A stretch of 64,000 nucleotides of DNA, taken from contig NC_086097.1 in assembly GCF_963921235.1 (NCBI RefSeq), forward strand, positions 193,256,001 through 193,320,000, read 5' to 3'. The stretch comes from Mobula hypostoma. Lineage: Eukaryota. Both the position numbers and the translations under genes were made by a program. The notes under the pieces were generated by a model. The model worked only from the letters and a program-made list of their open reading frames with translations, ran no database searches and was not told where the DNA came from. Below, piece after piece: positions 36,084 to 49,109 of this stretch. Numbering within the stretch: position 1 is the first letter of the stretch; every line of letters begins with the position of its first letter.

Positions 36084-38121
36084 GTATAAGTTCTTAGTTG
36101 GATAACTGCAGGCTTCTGTTTAGTATCTTTGAAATGCTGTTCAAACTCAGTTTATGGAATACCTGAAGCAGCTGAGCCGGTGGCCAATTCCATTTTAACT
36201 AATTTGCTGTTCACTTCTGGTGTAAGCCATATTGCTTTTCTCTTGGTAGTTTTCATGTTGTAAATCTTAAGGCTAAGCAGTCCTGAGTCACTGCCATCAT
36301 TATCAAATTTTCCATCAATAGCACGTAGTTTAGTGCATCTTTTGAAACTGCAACTTGACTTTTTATCCTTTTCTCTTCCCCGTGCAGTCCATTTATTTTT
36401 GCCTGCCGACATGCTATGTTGCATGTATGTGTCCTACATTGTTGCATGTTCCCCGAAGTTTCACTTTTAAACTGGCATTGGTCTTGTGTATGTGAGCCCC
36501 TGCTACAATATTGACATAGTTGTTCAGCCAGGCAGGTTTCAGTTCAGACATTGCAGTTTTGTTGACACTCACTTTTATTCCAGATTGCTACTCAATTACA
36601 TCTCTGGCTGCTTTTTCCATTGACACAGTGTCTTCAATTACTCTTTCAATTTGGTTGTGAGGAGCTGTTTTTGAATGCTTTCTTGTAACATTTCACTAAC
36701 TAAACAATCTCTCAGTGCATCATTAAGCCCATCACTGAACTAACAATGCTTGAACATTTAAGTTCAGCCATGTGAGCTGAAATGAACTCCCCTTCCTTTT
36801 GAATCTGCTTTTGAAACCGAAAGTGTTCTGCAATCTACTATGGTTTCAGTTCTAAATGTCCCTGCATTCTTTCAACACAAGCTGCAGCCTGAGTGTTCAG
36901 TACATTGTTTGAAGTGTGCTGCAGTGTTGGAGGTAGCATTCTTCCCTTGGGATACAAAATCAGCTTCCCATCTGTTCTCTCAAGTGAAAGCTCCTTTGGT
37001 GCTCTTTGAAGAAAGAACATCAAATAAGGGAATTAAGCATACTTTCTGATTATTATAATTTGTTTTGGGTCTTATGTAGGCAAATTTAGTGATGTATTTC
37101 TCTACAGCAGTGACTACACTTGAAAAGTACCTATACAGCTATAAAAAATTTGGGGATTGTCTGAGTTCATGAAAGACACCAGAATGTAAGCTCCTTTGTT
37201 TCTTCACTCTCTGGCAGTATCATTGGACTTGTCTCTGTAACCAAGTATCAGTTTTGTTCCAACATTATGGAAGCTCATAATCTACGACTGCCAGATCACA
37301 TTGCAACTTTACACGTGCTGCTCTTTAGTATTGCCAACACTCTGAAACCCACCCAGAAATCAGTGTGTACCAATAGTTCACAGTAGCACTTGCAACTGTA
37401 AAATGGTACATTTCCAAAGAGGGAAGGGGAAAAGATCAGCCTTCAAGTAACTAAACAGACATTAAACCAGGGCTTTAACAAATAAGGGCATTTCCAATCT
37501 ACTGTCAAAGCCTATCTAATCAATAAATATAGTACATATTTTGTTAATCATTCTTACAGTCATCTGAGGTCCTAGAAAGGCTAAGCTCTGACAGAAACAC
37601 CAAGCCCAGAGTATTAAATGACAGATTCTATCTCGTATCTCCATAACGTTAATGTGTTTCTTTTTCGTTGTTGTTTTAGAGGAGTGATTCAATCATGTCA
37701 CTTGTCTCCTTTCTTTAAACCTGACCTGAGGTGCCAGTTTCCAGATGTACTTGCTGGTTCCATAGTAAAACGCAAGCACAAATATATGAGAATGACTTCC
37801 CAGCTTTATTTTACAGAAGCATGTGGTTCCCTCTGGGTCTGAATGTTTTCAATGGGTCACACAGCCCCAGGCATAAGTAGTACAAGGTCAGATACATTTT
37901 GTAACATAAAAGCAACTTCAGCTATTTTCTCAGACTGCAGTTAGAAAGCAATGGCAGCACCCTTGGGCTAGGGAGGAGCAGTTAGCCAGGATTCCTGTTC
38001 TCAGTTCAAAGTATTCATGTAAAGTCCTCCATGCTCTACCAAAGAAACTGTAGCGGTGTGCTACACACAGCGCTAGAATAACCACACGGAGTCGGTGAGT
38101 TAGAGTTGCGATGAAAGAGAT

Positions 38122-41100
38122 TTATTCAAACTTCGCGGCCCGCTTTAAAGCCTTCCCGTTCCCGCCCTCCTTGGGCGGGATTGCTGTGGGGAATGTATAT
38201 TCCCAGACCCTCTCTGCACGCGGGATTTTCCCCCTGCTGGTGAAGATGGCCTGGCGCCCTTTTTGCTGCCGGCCCTCTGCCTGCACGCGCTGTTGTGAGC
38301 CGGTTCGTGTGTGCCAGAAAGTGGATCGCCACATAACGCCCCCCCCAGAACCGGCGATACCTCCCCCAATGTCCACAGTCTGGATCGGCCTCTGTTTGGG
38401 AGGTCTGCCCCTGCGCCGCGGTGCCTGAGCCTGGACCGGCTGCGCCAAGTCCACATGGGCCGGTTTGAGTCGGTCCACCGTGAAAACCTCCTCTCTCCCC
38501 CCAGTGTCCAGCACGAACGTGGACCCGTTGTTCCTGATCACCTTAAACGGCCCCTCGTAGGGCCGCTGTAGCGGTGCCCGGTGTCCGCCCCGTCGTACAA
38601 AAAGAAACTTACAGTTCTGCAGGTATTTGGGTACGCAGGTTGGGCTCTGTCCGTGCTGTGAAGTGAGGATGGGGGCCAGGTTACCCAGCCTCTCCCGTAG
38701 TCTGTCCAGGACTGCTGTGGGTTCTTCCTCTTTCCCCCTTGGTATGAACTTTCCTGGGACGACCAGGGGCGCGCCGTACACCAACTCGGCCGATGAGGTG
38801 TGTAGATCCTCCTTGAGCGCCGTGTGGATTCCGAGCAGGACCCAGGGAAGTTCGTCCACCCAGTTAGGCCCCTCCAAGCGGGCCATGAGAGCTGACTTCA
38901 GGTGACGGTGGAAACGCTCCACTAGTCCGTTCGACTGTGGGTGGTAGGCAGTTGTGTGGTGTAGCTGTGTTCCTAAAAGGCTGGCCATAGCCGACCACAG
39001 GCTGGAGGTGAACTGGGCGCCCCTGTCGGAGATAATGTGGGCCGGTACCCCAAAGCGTGCTACCCAGGTTGCGATCAGCGCTCAGGCACAGGATTCGGAG
39101 GTGGTGTTGGTGAGCGGGACCGCCTCTGGCCATCTGGTGAACTGGTCTACGATAGTTAGGAGGTGCCATGCTCCTCGCGACACTGGCAGGGCCCCACGAA
39201 CCTCCGGCGGGTGGGTTCGAACCGCTGCGGCGGAGCCTTGGTGTGCCGCTGCACCTTGGCCATTTGGCACTGCATGCACGTTTTGGCCCATTCACTGACC
39301 TGCTTACGAAGTCCATGCCACACGAACCTGTTGGCGACCAGCCGGACAGTTGTCCTGATGGAGGGGTGTGCTAAGTTGTGAAGGGACTCGAAAACCTGCC
39401 GGCGCCAGGCTGCTGGGACGACGGGGCGGGGATGGCCGGTAGCTACGTCACATAGTTGGGTCCTCTCACCTGGGCCTACGGGGAGGTCTTGAAGCTGTAA
39501 ACCGGAGACTGCAGTCCTGTAACTGGGGATCTCAGTGTCTGCCTGCTGTGCCTCTGCCAGCGCTGCATAGTCCACCCCCTGGGACAGGGCCTGTATGGTA
39601 GGTCTGGAAAGTGCGTCCAAAACGACGTTGTTCTTTCCAGAGACATGCCGGATGTCCATCGTGTACTCAGAGATTTAGGACAGATGTCGCTGCTGGCGGG
39701 GCGACCAGGGGTCGGACACCTTAGTGAACGCAAAGGTAAGCAGTTTGTGGTCTGTGAACACGGTGAAGGGCCTACCTTCTAAGAAGTACCTGAAATGCCG
39801 AATTGCCAGGTATAGTGCCAATAGCTCCCGGTCGAAAGCACTGTATTTGAGTTCGGGTGGTCGTAGGTGTTTGCTGAAGAACGCCAGGGGTTGCCAGCGA
39901 CCCTCGATGAGTTGTTCCAGCACTCCACCGACCGCTGTGTTGGATGCGTCCACCGTGAGGGCAGTAGGAACGTCTGTTCTGGGGTGCACTAGCATCGCTA
40001 AGGCTTCTTTGGTTTTAACGAAAGCGATTGCGGCCTCTTCGTCCCAGATAATGTCCTTGCCCTTACCCGACATCAGGGTGAACAGGGGGCGCATGGTTCG
40101 GGCTGCTGAGGGGAGGAAACGGTAGTAAAAATTCACCATACCCACGAATTCCTGCAAGTCTTTGATTGTGTTGGGTCGGGGGAAGTGGCGGACCGCGTCT
40201 ACCTTGGCGGGCAGCGGGGTTGCCCCGTCTTTAGTAATGCGGTGGCCCAGGAAGTCGATGGTGTCGAGTCCGAACTGGCATTTGGCTGGATTGATTGTAA
40301 GGCCGAATTCGCTCAGGCGGGAGTAGAGCTGGCGGAGGTGGGACAGATGCTCCTGACGACTACTGCTTGCTATGAGGATGTCGTCCAAATAGATGAATGC
40401 AAAGTCCAGGTCACGTCCCACCGCGTCTATTAGCCGCTGGAAAGTCTGTGCGGCATTCTTTAGACCAAACGGCATTCGGAGGAATTCGAAAAGTCCGAAT
40501 GGGGTGATAAGTGCTGTTTTGGGGATGTCGTACGGATGTACAGGGATTTGATGGTATCCCCGGATGAGGTCTACCTTGGAAAAGATCCTTGCGCTGTGTA
40601 GGTTTGCTGCGAAGTCTTGAATGTGCGGCACAGGGTAGCGGTCTGGCATTGTAGCCTCGTTCAGTCTGCGCTAGTCACCGCATGGTCTCCAGCCCCCCCG
40701 TTGCCTTGGGCACCATGTGAAGGGGGGAGGCCCATGGGCTGTCGGACCGTTGTATGATCCCTAATTCCTCCATCTTCTTGAACTCCTCCTTCGCCAGTCG
40801 GAGCTTGTCCGGGGGAAGCCTTCGAGCACGGGCGTGGAGGGGTGGTCCCTGGGTCGGGATGTGGTGCTGTACTCAGTGTCTGGGCATGGCTGCCGTGAAC
40901 TGCGGTGTCAGTACTGATGGGAAATCCGCCAGGACCCTGGTGAATTCATCGTCGGACAGCGTGATGGAGTCCAGGTGTGGGGCTGGCAACTGTGCTTCAC
41001 CCAGGGAGAACGTCTGAAAAGTCTTGGCATGGACTAATCACTTCCCTTGCAAGTCGACCAGCAGGCTGTGGGCTCGTAGAAAATCTGCCCCCAGTAGTGG

Positions 41101-41385
41101 TTGGGCCACGGCAGCCAGTGTGTAGTCCCACGTGAACCGGCTGGAGCTGAACTGTAGCCGCACCGTGCGGGTGTCGTAGGTTCGTATTGTGCTGCCATTA
41201 GCGGCCCTCAGGGTGGGTCCCGGTTCTCTGTTGCGGGTGTCGTAACTCGTTGGAGGTAAGACGCTGATCTCCGCTCCGGTGTCGACCAAAAAGCGGCGTC
41301 CCGACTGCTTGTCCCAGACGTACAGGAGGCTGTCCTGATGGCCAGCCGCCATAGCCATCAGCGGCGGCTGGCCCTGGCGTTTCCC
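38122..41385 (-). pseudogene. Disrupted pol (protease, RT, RNase H, integrase)
   Basis: FLVDTGAEIS; PFGLKNAAQTFQR, YLDD; TVDAS...TDHK; HNLAH...CMQC; TAYHPQSNGLVERFH. Broken into several ORFs by stops and frameshifts; the usual HIHVD segment is missing near 39200. Confidence 0.92.
41340..41385 (-). promoter_or_regulatory. Putative -1 ribosomal frameshift signal at the gag-pol junction
   Basis: G GGA AAC in gag phase (41385-41379), 5-nt spacer, then an 11-bp stem GGCCAGCCGCC/GGCGGCTGGCC. Confidence 0.8.
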
Positions 41386-42062
41386 GGGAATTTGCAGGGC
41401 GGTCTGCAGCGGCGGGCCTCTGTGCCCCACCGCTGGTGGTAGAAGCACCATTGTTCTTTGGGCTCCTCACTCCCGTCGCCGGGTTTTGTAGGCTCTGCTG
41501 CCAGGCCTGGTCCGGTCTGTCGTTGGGCACGCGGCTTGGTGATCTGTGCGACGGATGCCCCTCTCTCTTTCCTGGCGTTCCACAGCACATCTGCTCGGGC
41601 CGCCACCTCCCGGGGGTTGCTGAAATCTGCGTCGGACAGCAGCAGGCATATGTCCTCGGGCAGTTGCTCTAGGAACACCTGCTCAAACATAAGGCAGGGT
41701 TTGTGTCCTTCAGCCAGGGCCAGCATCTCGTTCATTAATACTGACAGCGGCCTGTCTCCCAAACCATCCAGGTGCTTTAAGCGGCGTGCTCGTTCACGCC
41801 GTGAGAGTCCGAAAGTCCTTATGAGCAGGGCTTTGAATGCTGTGTATTTGCCGTCCTCCGGGGGCGACTGTATAAACTCCTCAACTTGTGCAGCAGTCTC
41901 CTGGTCGAGTGAGCTCAGCACGTAGTAGTAGCGAGTGGACTCCGAGGTTTTCTGCCGAATGTGGAACTGTGCTTCTGCTTGTTCGAACTATAATTGGGGT
42001 CGCAGCGTCCATAAGCTTGGCAGTTTTAATGAAACTGCGTGAACAGATACAGCGTCGGTCAT
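41358..42062 (-). pseudogene. gag with C-X2-H-X9-C-X3-C motif and a premature stop at codon 25
   Basis: ATG at 42062 reads MTDAVSVHAVSLKLPSLWTLRPQL*FEQAEAQF, in frame with ORF 41358-41921, which ends CFYHQRWGTEARRCRPPCKFPGN. Confidence 0.88.
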
Positions 42063-42086
42063 CTCTGGTCCAAATATCGTTTGGGC

Positions 42087-42100
42087 CGTCGGGGTCACCA
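42087..42100 (-). promoter_or_regulatory. Primer binding site complementary to tRNA-Trp
   Basis: TGGTGACCCCGACG lies 2 nt inside the 5' LTR; eukaryotic tRNA-Trp ends ...CGUCGGGGUCACCA. Confidence 0.88.
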
Positions 42101-45079
42101 ATTGTAGCGATGTGCTACACACAGCGCTAGAATAACCACACGGAGTCGGTGAGTTAGAGTTGCGATGAAAGAGATTTGTTCAAACTTCGCGGTCCGTTTT
42201 AAAGCCTTCCCGTTCCCGCCCTCCCTGGGCGGGATTGCTGTGGGGAATGTATATTCCCAGACCCTTTCTGCGCGTGGGATTTTCCCCCGCTGGTGAAGAT
42301 GGCCTGGCGCCCTTTTTGGGGCCAGTCCTCTGCCTGCGTGCGCTGTTGTGAGCCGGTTCGTGTGTGCCAGAAAGAGGGTCGCCACAAAACTATATTTACT
42401 CCCCAAAACATTCTTATTAATATATTTGAAAACTATAGAACAATCTTTCCTGTAATTAGTATTACAGAAACATATAGCTTTAAACAAAGCTTTTGGTTCG
42501 CATGTCCTTCGAGTCCACAGTTCCTGAAAGGACTATCCAATTAGTGGCACTCCCTTACACTTTTCCTAATGGTCCTGCAATTTCCTAAAATTAAATATTT
42601 GTTTAATCTTTTTTTTAAAAGTTGCTTTTGAATTTCCTTTCTCTACCCTTTCAGGCACCAGGTAGAAAAATCTCACCCTATAGAATAGAGAATATAGAAT
42701 TTCAATTGTTGCTCCCTTGAGAGTGTGGCTCTCCCTGTCAAGCTGGATATGCAACAACTACCCCCCCCCCACCCCCGCTTATATATAATTAAATTAAATC
42801 CTTATTCTTTTATATTTCTTGTTCCATAGTTGGTTACATTAATTTTTCTTCCAGCTATTTCTCCTCCTTTTACAGCCACTGAAGTCTGTTGCTTATATTT
42901 CTTTATTTTGTTTTCATTGAACCACCAAAGGAAGAATTTTGCTGCCAAGACCAATAGTTTACTGTCCAAACCAAATTGTGCTTGAACTTGGTGGTCCGCT
43001 GGATATTGCGGGAAGTTTATGAGTTTAACTGGAGTTACATTTAGAGAATATGGTAAAGATTGTCTATCTGCAACTGATTTAGTTCATTAATGTCTCTGAA
43101 GGATATCAGTGAACCAAATGGGCTTTTAACGACATTGCAGTGGTTTCATGGTCACTATTATTATTCTGGCTTTGATTTTGCACTTAAATTCCCTGATGGC
43201 TGAGGTGAAATTCAATAGTCCAGCCCTCTGGATACAACTCCTTTTGCTTCAGCATCAAAGTCAGTTTTTATGAGATAACTATTTAACTGAATCAGAGGTA
43301 AAATTAATGCCAATAATCTAAGGATAACACTTTGTAGTTTATACTAGGTATTTGTGTGAACGCAAAGCCCCTTACAATCCCTGCCATACTATTCCTCTGT
43401 GGAGGGATATCATTGAGCTTCATCTATCATCGACCGCCTGCCATGTAGACATTTCTTGAAACATAAGAATTAGGAGAATACCAGGAGCCTTTTCAACCAT
43501 GAGATGGTATTGCATTGAATCATGTGTTGTTCTCATATGGTATCTAAAATATGCACCTCCCAAATGAGATAACTCGATACCATTTAGTCATGGGATCACA
43601 TAGTTTAGAGATAGTAAGCAGAATTATAATTATTAATATAACTGAGATCAGCTAACACAAGATGGACCAGAGATCAGAATTAATACTAAATACCTTATTT
43701 TCACATTGAAAATCATGCTCACATGTAATCAGGGAGCTAATTATTTTCTTTAAATAAAAGGAACACCAAATGCACTGGGATGAATATGCTTTTCCCATTT
43801 ACCACTCCCTTGATAATGAAATAAATACAAGGCTCATCATTCTGCCTGTAATAAATATTTATAGTAACAAACTGCTCATGGGTTGAAAAATGAAACAGTT
43901 GACTGTTGCTGTTTACAATTCTAAAGTCTGAGTTAGTGCTCACCTACACAGATGTGAAATGCATTTGTGTTTCATATTAAATTGAACTTACAATAGCATA
44001 TAAAAAAGTTGAATAAACAGGATTAATAAAACTCTATTTGAAAGAGATTAGATATAGGAAGCAGCTACGTTGTTGTGTCCTACAAATAAAGCAACTTCAC
44101 AACCCAGCAAGTTCACATGAACTGACACAAAATACAAATTACACAAAACTTACCTTTTGTAGTTATCAGTCAGACCATTTGTTCTCTATATTTGTGTAAA
44201 TTATAAACACACAAACATACATTCATTTATGCCAATTAATGGGGTTAAGACTACGTATATCCACTGAACCTCTTCTCTTAAGAACAGAGGCAACTATGGG
44301 TTCATTCAGAGATGTGGTTAACATTTTTGAAAATTTATAAAAATGGTTGCCAGGTCACCAGATCACAGAAATCAACATTCCTCTGTTTCACTTTAGGTTT
44401 ACCAAGTTTCCAGCCAAACATATTCAGATTAGAATGCACCAGGTCTGCTCTGCAACTTGTGCTAAATCAGCTGATCTCAGTGAACCATCATTGAGATCAA
44501 CAGCCTCAACAAGCGGCTTCAGTATCCTTTGAGATGGGAAAAATCAACCAGGTATCCCCTATCAGAGCCCTGTTCAAAATCATGTGGTGTTGGGTGATGG
44601 ATACACAAAACCTCCAGAGATGAATAACAGAGCATTCATCTTCCAAGTCTTAAATAGCATAAGTGTGAAATATAACGAGTCAACCTAGGTTTAGTGGCAG
44701 TAATCATGTCTCTGGTTCAGGTCCAATCTGCCATGAAGGCATCAGCTTTAGCCTGCCATTTGTGTACAACACTGATGGAATGCCACATTGTCAAAGATAC
44801 TTTGTTGATACGACTTTAGCCAATACGCTCCCAGCTTTAAATGGACATGAATGAAATTGGGCATTATTTCATTTTTTTCTTTGTGCTTTATCTATCCTTG
44901 AACAAGAAGACCTGAAATGCCATTTTGACCTAGAAGTGAGGTATTATCAAATGACCACAGCTAACTCTATATCATAGATGCAATTTCTTATTGACTTTCC
45001 CTTTCATCTCTTCCAGTCCCAAAACATTCCACAAGCACTTGTTACACTTCCTTGTCCAAATAACCAGAAGATCGTAGAG

Positions 45080-46330
45080 TTAAAAAAAAAGTACAGCACA
45101 GAGACAGGCCTTTCAGCCCATTTATTCCACGCCAAAACCATTTAACTTGCCTGCTCCCACTGATCTGCATCGGTGCCATAGCTCTCCATATCCCCACCTA
45201 TACAAGCCTCTTAATCATTGAAATCAAACACACATGCACCACTTGTGCTGGCAACTCTCACAAGTGCAGAAGTTTCCACTCATATTCCACTTAAACTCCT
45301 CACCTTTCATCGATGACCTGTGGTTGTAGTCCCACCCAACCTCAGTGGATAAAGCCTGCTTGCATTTGTCCTATCTATACCCCTCATTGTGTATACCTCT
45401 ACCAAATCTTCTATATTCTAAAGAATACAATCCTAACCTACTCAAACTTTCCTTATAACTCAGGTCCTCCAGATCATCACTTTCTCCTCTTCACTGGCAA
45501 TCAGCACTGTGCACTTCGGGAATTCTTAGCCCACTGCTCTACTCATGACTGTGTGGCTAAGCACTGCCAAAATTGCATCTATAAGTTTGAAGATGACTCC
45601 AATCTTAGTAAAATCTCAGATAGCGACAAGGAGGCATGCGAGAGTGAGACAGATCAGTATGTTGAATGGTGTTACAACAGCCTTGCATCCAACGTCAGCA
45701 AGACAAAGGAATAGACTGTGGACCTCAGGCAAACACACACCTTTCTCATTGAGGGGTCAGCAGTTGAAAGGGTGATTGAGGAGATCTGGTACATCATCAA
45801 ACACTTGCAAATTTCCACAGATGTATGGTGGAGAGCACTCTGACTAGCTGCATCACAGCCTGGTATGGAGCCTCCAATATGGATGCTGCAGAGGATCATA
45901 GACACAACCAGCTCTATCGTGGGCACAACCTGTCCTACCATTGAGAACATCTTCAGGAGGCATTTTCTTGCAGGCATTCACAGTAGACACAAAGCAGCAC
46001 AATACGATCAATGGAAAACTTCGCACAAAGGCTGACAACCATGTGTAAGACAACAAATAGTGAAAATACAAAAAGAAAAATAAATACATACTAAATATTC
46101 AGGATGTGAGCTGTGGAGTCCTTAAAAGCGAGTCCAGTCCATAGGATGTGGATTCACTTCAGTGATTGGGGTGAGTGAAGTTAACCACTCTGGTTCAGGA
46201 ACCTGACGATTGAGGGAAAATACTGTTTCTGAACCTGGTGGTTTGGGACATAAGACTCCTGCATCCCTTCCCTTTGGCAGCAGCGAGAGCGTAGTCTGGA
46301 TGGTGGAGGTTCTTGATGATGGTCCATGAA
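45080..46330. mobile_element. Degenerate CR1 (-) and Rex1-like (+) fragments plus SINE remnants
   Basis: CSTHDCVAKH...IYKFEDD...LASNVSKTKE and a CR1 3' signature. Confidence 0.6.
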
Positions 46331-49109
46331 CTCTACTTCATTATTCCTTCCTTTATTGGCACTACTTTGCAATTTATACTATTTCTGTCTTTGCATTCTA
46401 CTGCTACCTGATCCTGATTTATTTGTGGAGAGCACGCTGGATCTCTAAATGATTGCTCTGCATAGAAGCACTTCTATAGTCAGCTGGATCAGATTTCAGA
46501 TAAAAGTATAAAAGCATTATAGTAGTCGAAATAGCATTAAGCAGTCCAAATACTGTTTTCTTCATCATTTACCCAGTGATCAAACATCATCATCTTGCAC
46601 TTCAGAGTTACATAGATCAAAACATGGACAGAAAGCCAAAGACAGATTGCTCAACAATTACATCTACACCTTGTGGATGAAAGACTTAACCAAATTCATC
46701 AGTACCCCAACAGATTAATTCACCACATCTTCTACAGAAATTTATCACCCTTAAACTTTTAGGAGATGCTTTAAATCTTTAAATCACTGGGGAACAATTT
46801 CTCATTGTAAATAACAGTTTTGTTCTATTTTTCACTTGGGATTCATTAACAGCTGCAGATTACACTTGTTGAGTTGCATTTGAGGAAGAAATCTCATCTG
46901 TAGACTTAACATACAAATCATGTGGAAGGTGCTCCAGCAGAAGATTTCCCAAAATAAACTAAGTTCCCTCTTCAAGTAGAGTTCTGAAGTAGTCTCTGCC
47001 AACCATCCTTCAATGCAATCAATCTTCAGGGTTCTCAGAATCTTTGATGCATAAGAAAGAAGTTGCTGTTAGTATATACAATAATCTTGGTCTGAATGTG
47101 AACCTAGGAATTGTATTGACTACAGATAAGTCAATGATTGAATTAACTATTGAATATTGACCCTAATTAAGTATTGGCAACACTTCCTGCTAATGAAGCA
47201 CTTTCACTCAGCTTTGAGAGAACATCCTGCATTGTACTCCCAGTATAAAACCACTACCAGGTACAGACACAAAACTCTGGGGCAAAGTTTCCTTTAGCAA
47301 TAAAAATCGGAATGACCTGTTACTGTTAACATGCAAATATTAAATAAACCAAACAACTCATTGCTATAAATTACACAATAGGGTTTGGTTGCATCAACAC
47401 AAATCCACTTGACCAAGTAGCACGCTCATTATTTCAGAACAATGGCATTAGTCAATCAAATCTCATATCTATCATATGGAAGGTGGTTCAATGATTTGAC
47501 ACACTGCAGAGTGAATCAGAGTCTGGCATTCATGTACTTTATTGGGGAAAATATCCTGGGTAAGAAGATTTAAAATTAAAGATGAGGTGTTCACAAGGTA
47601 ATATCTAGATGACCATCTAGACTATCATTGACTATCCATTTCCCTTTGCTGGTGTGGTGTGACCTGCCAAGTTGGTCCTGCAGCAGCTTGTGTTTTTTTG
47701 AAGAACTATATATAGAATAGCTGAATATGCTCATACTTCAAGGGTGGAGGGTGAAAAGGATCTTTTAAAAAAAAGTAATTGGGTCACAGGGCTGTGTCCT
47801 TGTGCTTTTATTTTCCCTGTCAGTTTTCTCCACATTCCATTGTGGTCTCATTTGCATCGACTACAATGGATTTCCACATCCACGTGGTTATTATTCACAT
47901 CCTGACACACAAAATTTTTCATGTTATGATCCTGGCTGATGATCAGAAGCCAAGTGTAAAAAGCCCCAATGCTAATTCAACTAAAGAACATGTACTTCAG
48001 TGCCACACTTGGAAATTCCCTTATTTGACTGATCCATCAAATGGCAGGGCTGCCAAATAGGATGTTGACTCAAATTGGTATGCACTGGAATTTTAAAGAA
48101 TGAAAAATGATTCAATTGAAGCTTACTAAATTTTGACATGCTGTAGTTAGATAGGCTGGATGTGAGATGTTATTCTTGATTGCGTTGTCTTCAAAATGGA
48201 ATCACAGTTTCAGATTATAAAGACAAAAGATTTTAGTGAAATGAGAAATATCACAACAGAGAAGCACATGACCCTGTGGATTTTGCAGAAACCAAATCAC
48301 TGAACATTTTTAAGGTGGTAGATTCAATTCTAAATGTAAAAAAGGTATAAAGGGGAATGAAGTAAAAGAGTAAGAAAACAGTATTAGACATCAAAATTGA
48401 TCAAGCCAAGTGTCAGAGCAGACTCAATGGATCAAATAGTCTATTCTTATGTCCTTTACTTATTTAGCTTAGAAACCTGTACCTTTGGCAAAGTCTGTCA
48501 GTAAGGAAAGCCTTTTATCTCCAGTCGATGAATGCACAAGGTAACTCCAGCAATTTGGAATATTTCAGTGTGATGAACACAAGTACAAATCTCTATTGTG
48601 TTAATGTGAAGATTTTGTTTACACCATTTAACAGAAGTCAGAGATGAAAATGTTTTAAATCCATTGACATTTATCTAATAATTCATAATATGCATATCAT
48701 CTAGCTGTATTCTCAACGTCCACAATTTCTTAAACGAGGTTAAATCCCTATTTTCACAGATTTAAGGATTTTAATTTCTGAAAATGAATTTTCCCTCATC
48801 TATTTAACAAAATTATTAAACCAAAGTAATATTGGAATATGCTTAGTTAACGTAGGCTCCAAATATACTGGGATTACTGATGAGGTGTGGTGCTGAGCAT
48901 AATATAGTTGAATAAACCTTCAGGTTGCACTCATTGCCACAGTACTTTATCTGTGTAGAACCACATATTCCATGTATCAGTGCACTCCTCTTCACAGTCT
49001 TGGCTACTTTATTCATTCTCAGCCTTGGTACTATTGTTCAGAACAACATCCACTCAGCTTCATCCCAAAGTAGATAAAGTCCATCATTAAAGAGAAGAAA
49101 CAAAGCAAA

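Larger units (their letters stand above)
29558..36880 (-). mobile_element. Decayed Mag-like Ty3/Gypsy element (gag-PR-RT-RH-IN, 3' LTR 29558-29781) with multiple nested insertions
   Basis: Gag IAEHFRFQK (about 36800), protease MELATGSAAS (about 36180), RT WTTPV...DGSVRICGNFK (34128-34376), RNase H KNYAQID...LITDHQP (about 32780-32890), IN CLMWGLRVAVPSKLRADVLEELH (about 30660-30740) and tail YPTRVRKPPQRLNL (about 29915-29960). PPT gcagggaggaa lies next to a TG...CA LTR. No 5' LTR seen. Confidence 0.85.
38049..42386 (-). mobile_element. Full-length (4338 bp) non-functional Ty3/Gypsy LTR retrotransposon, CsRn1/Kabuki type
   Basis: LTRs 38049-38333 and 42103-42386 (TG...CA; about 16 substitutions and 1 indel by eye). 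Target duplication AAAC at 38045-38048 and 42387-42390. PBS and PPT present; order gag-PR-RT-RH-IN. Confidence 0.96.
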
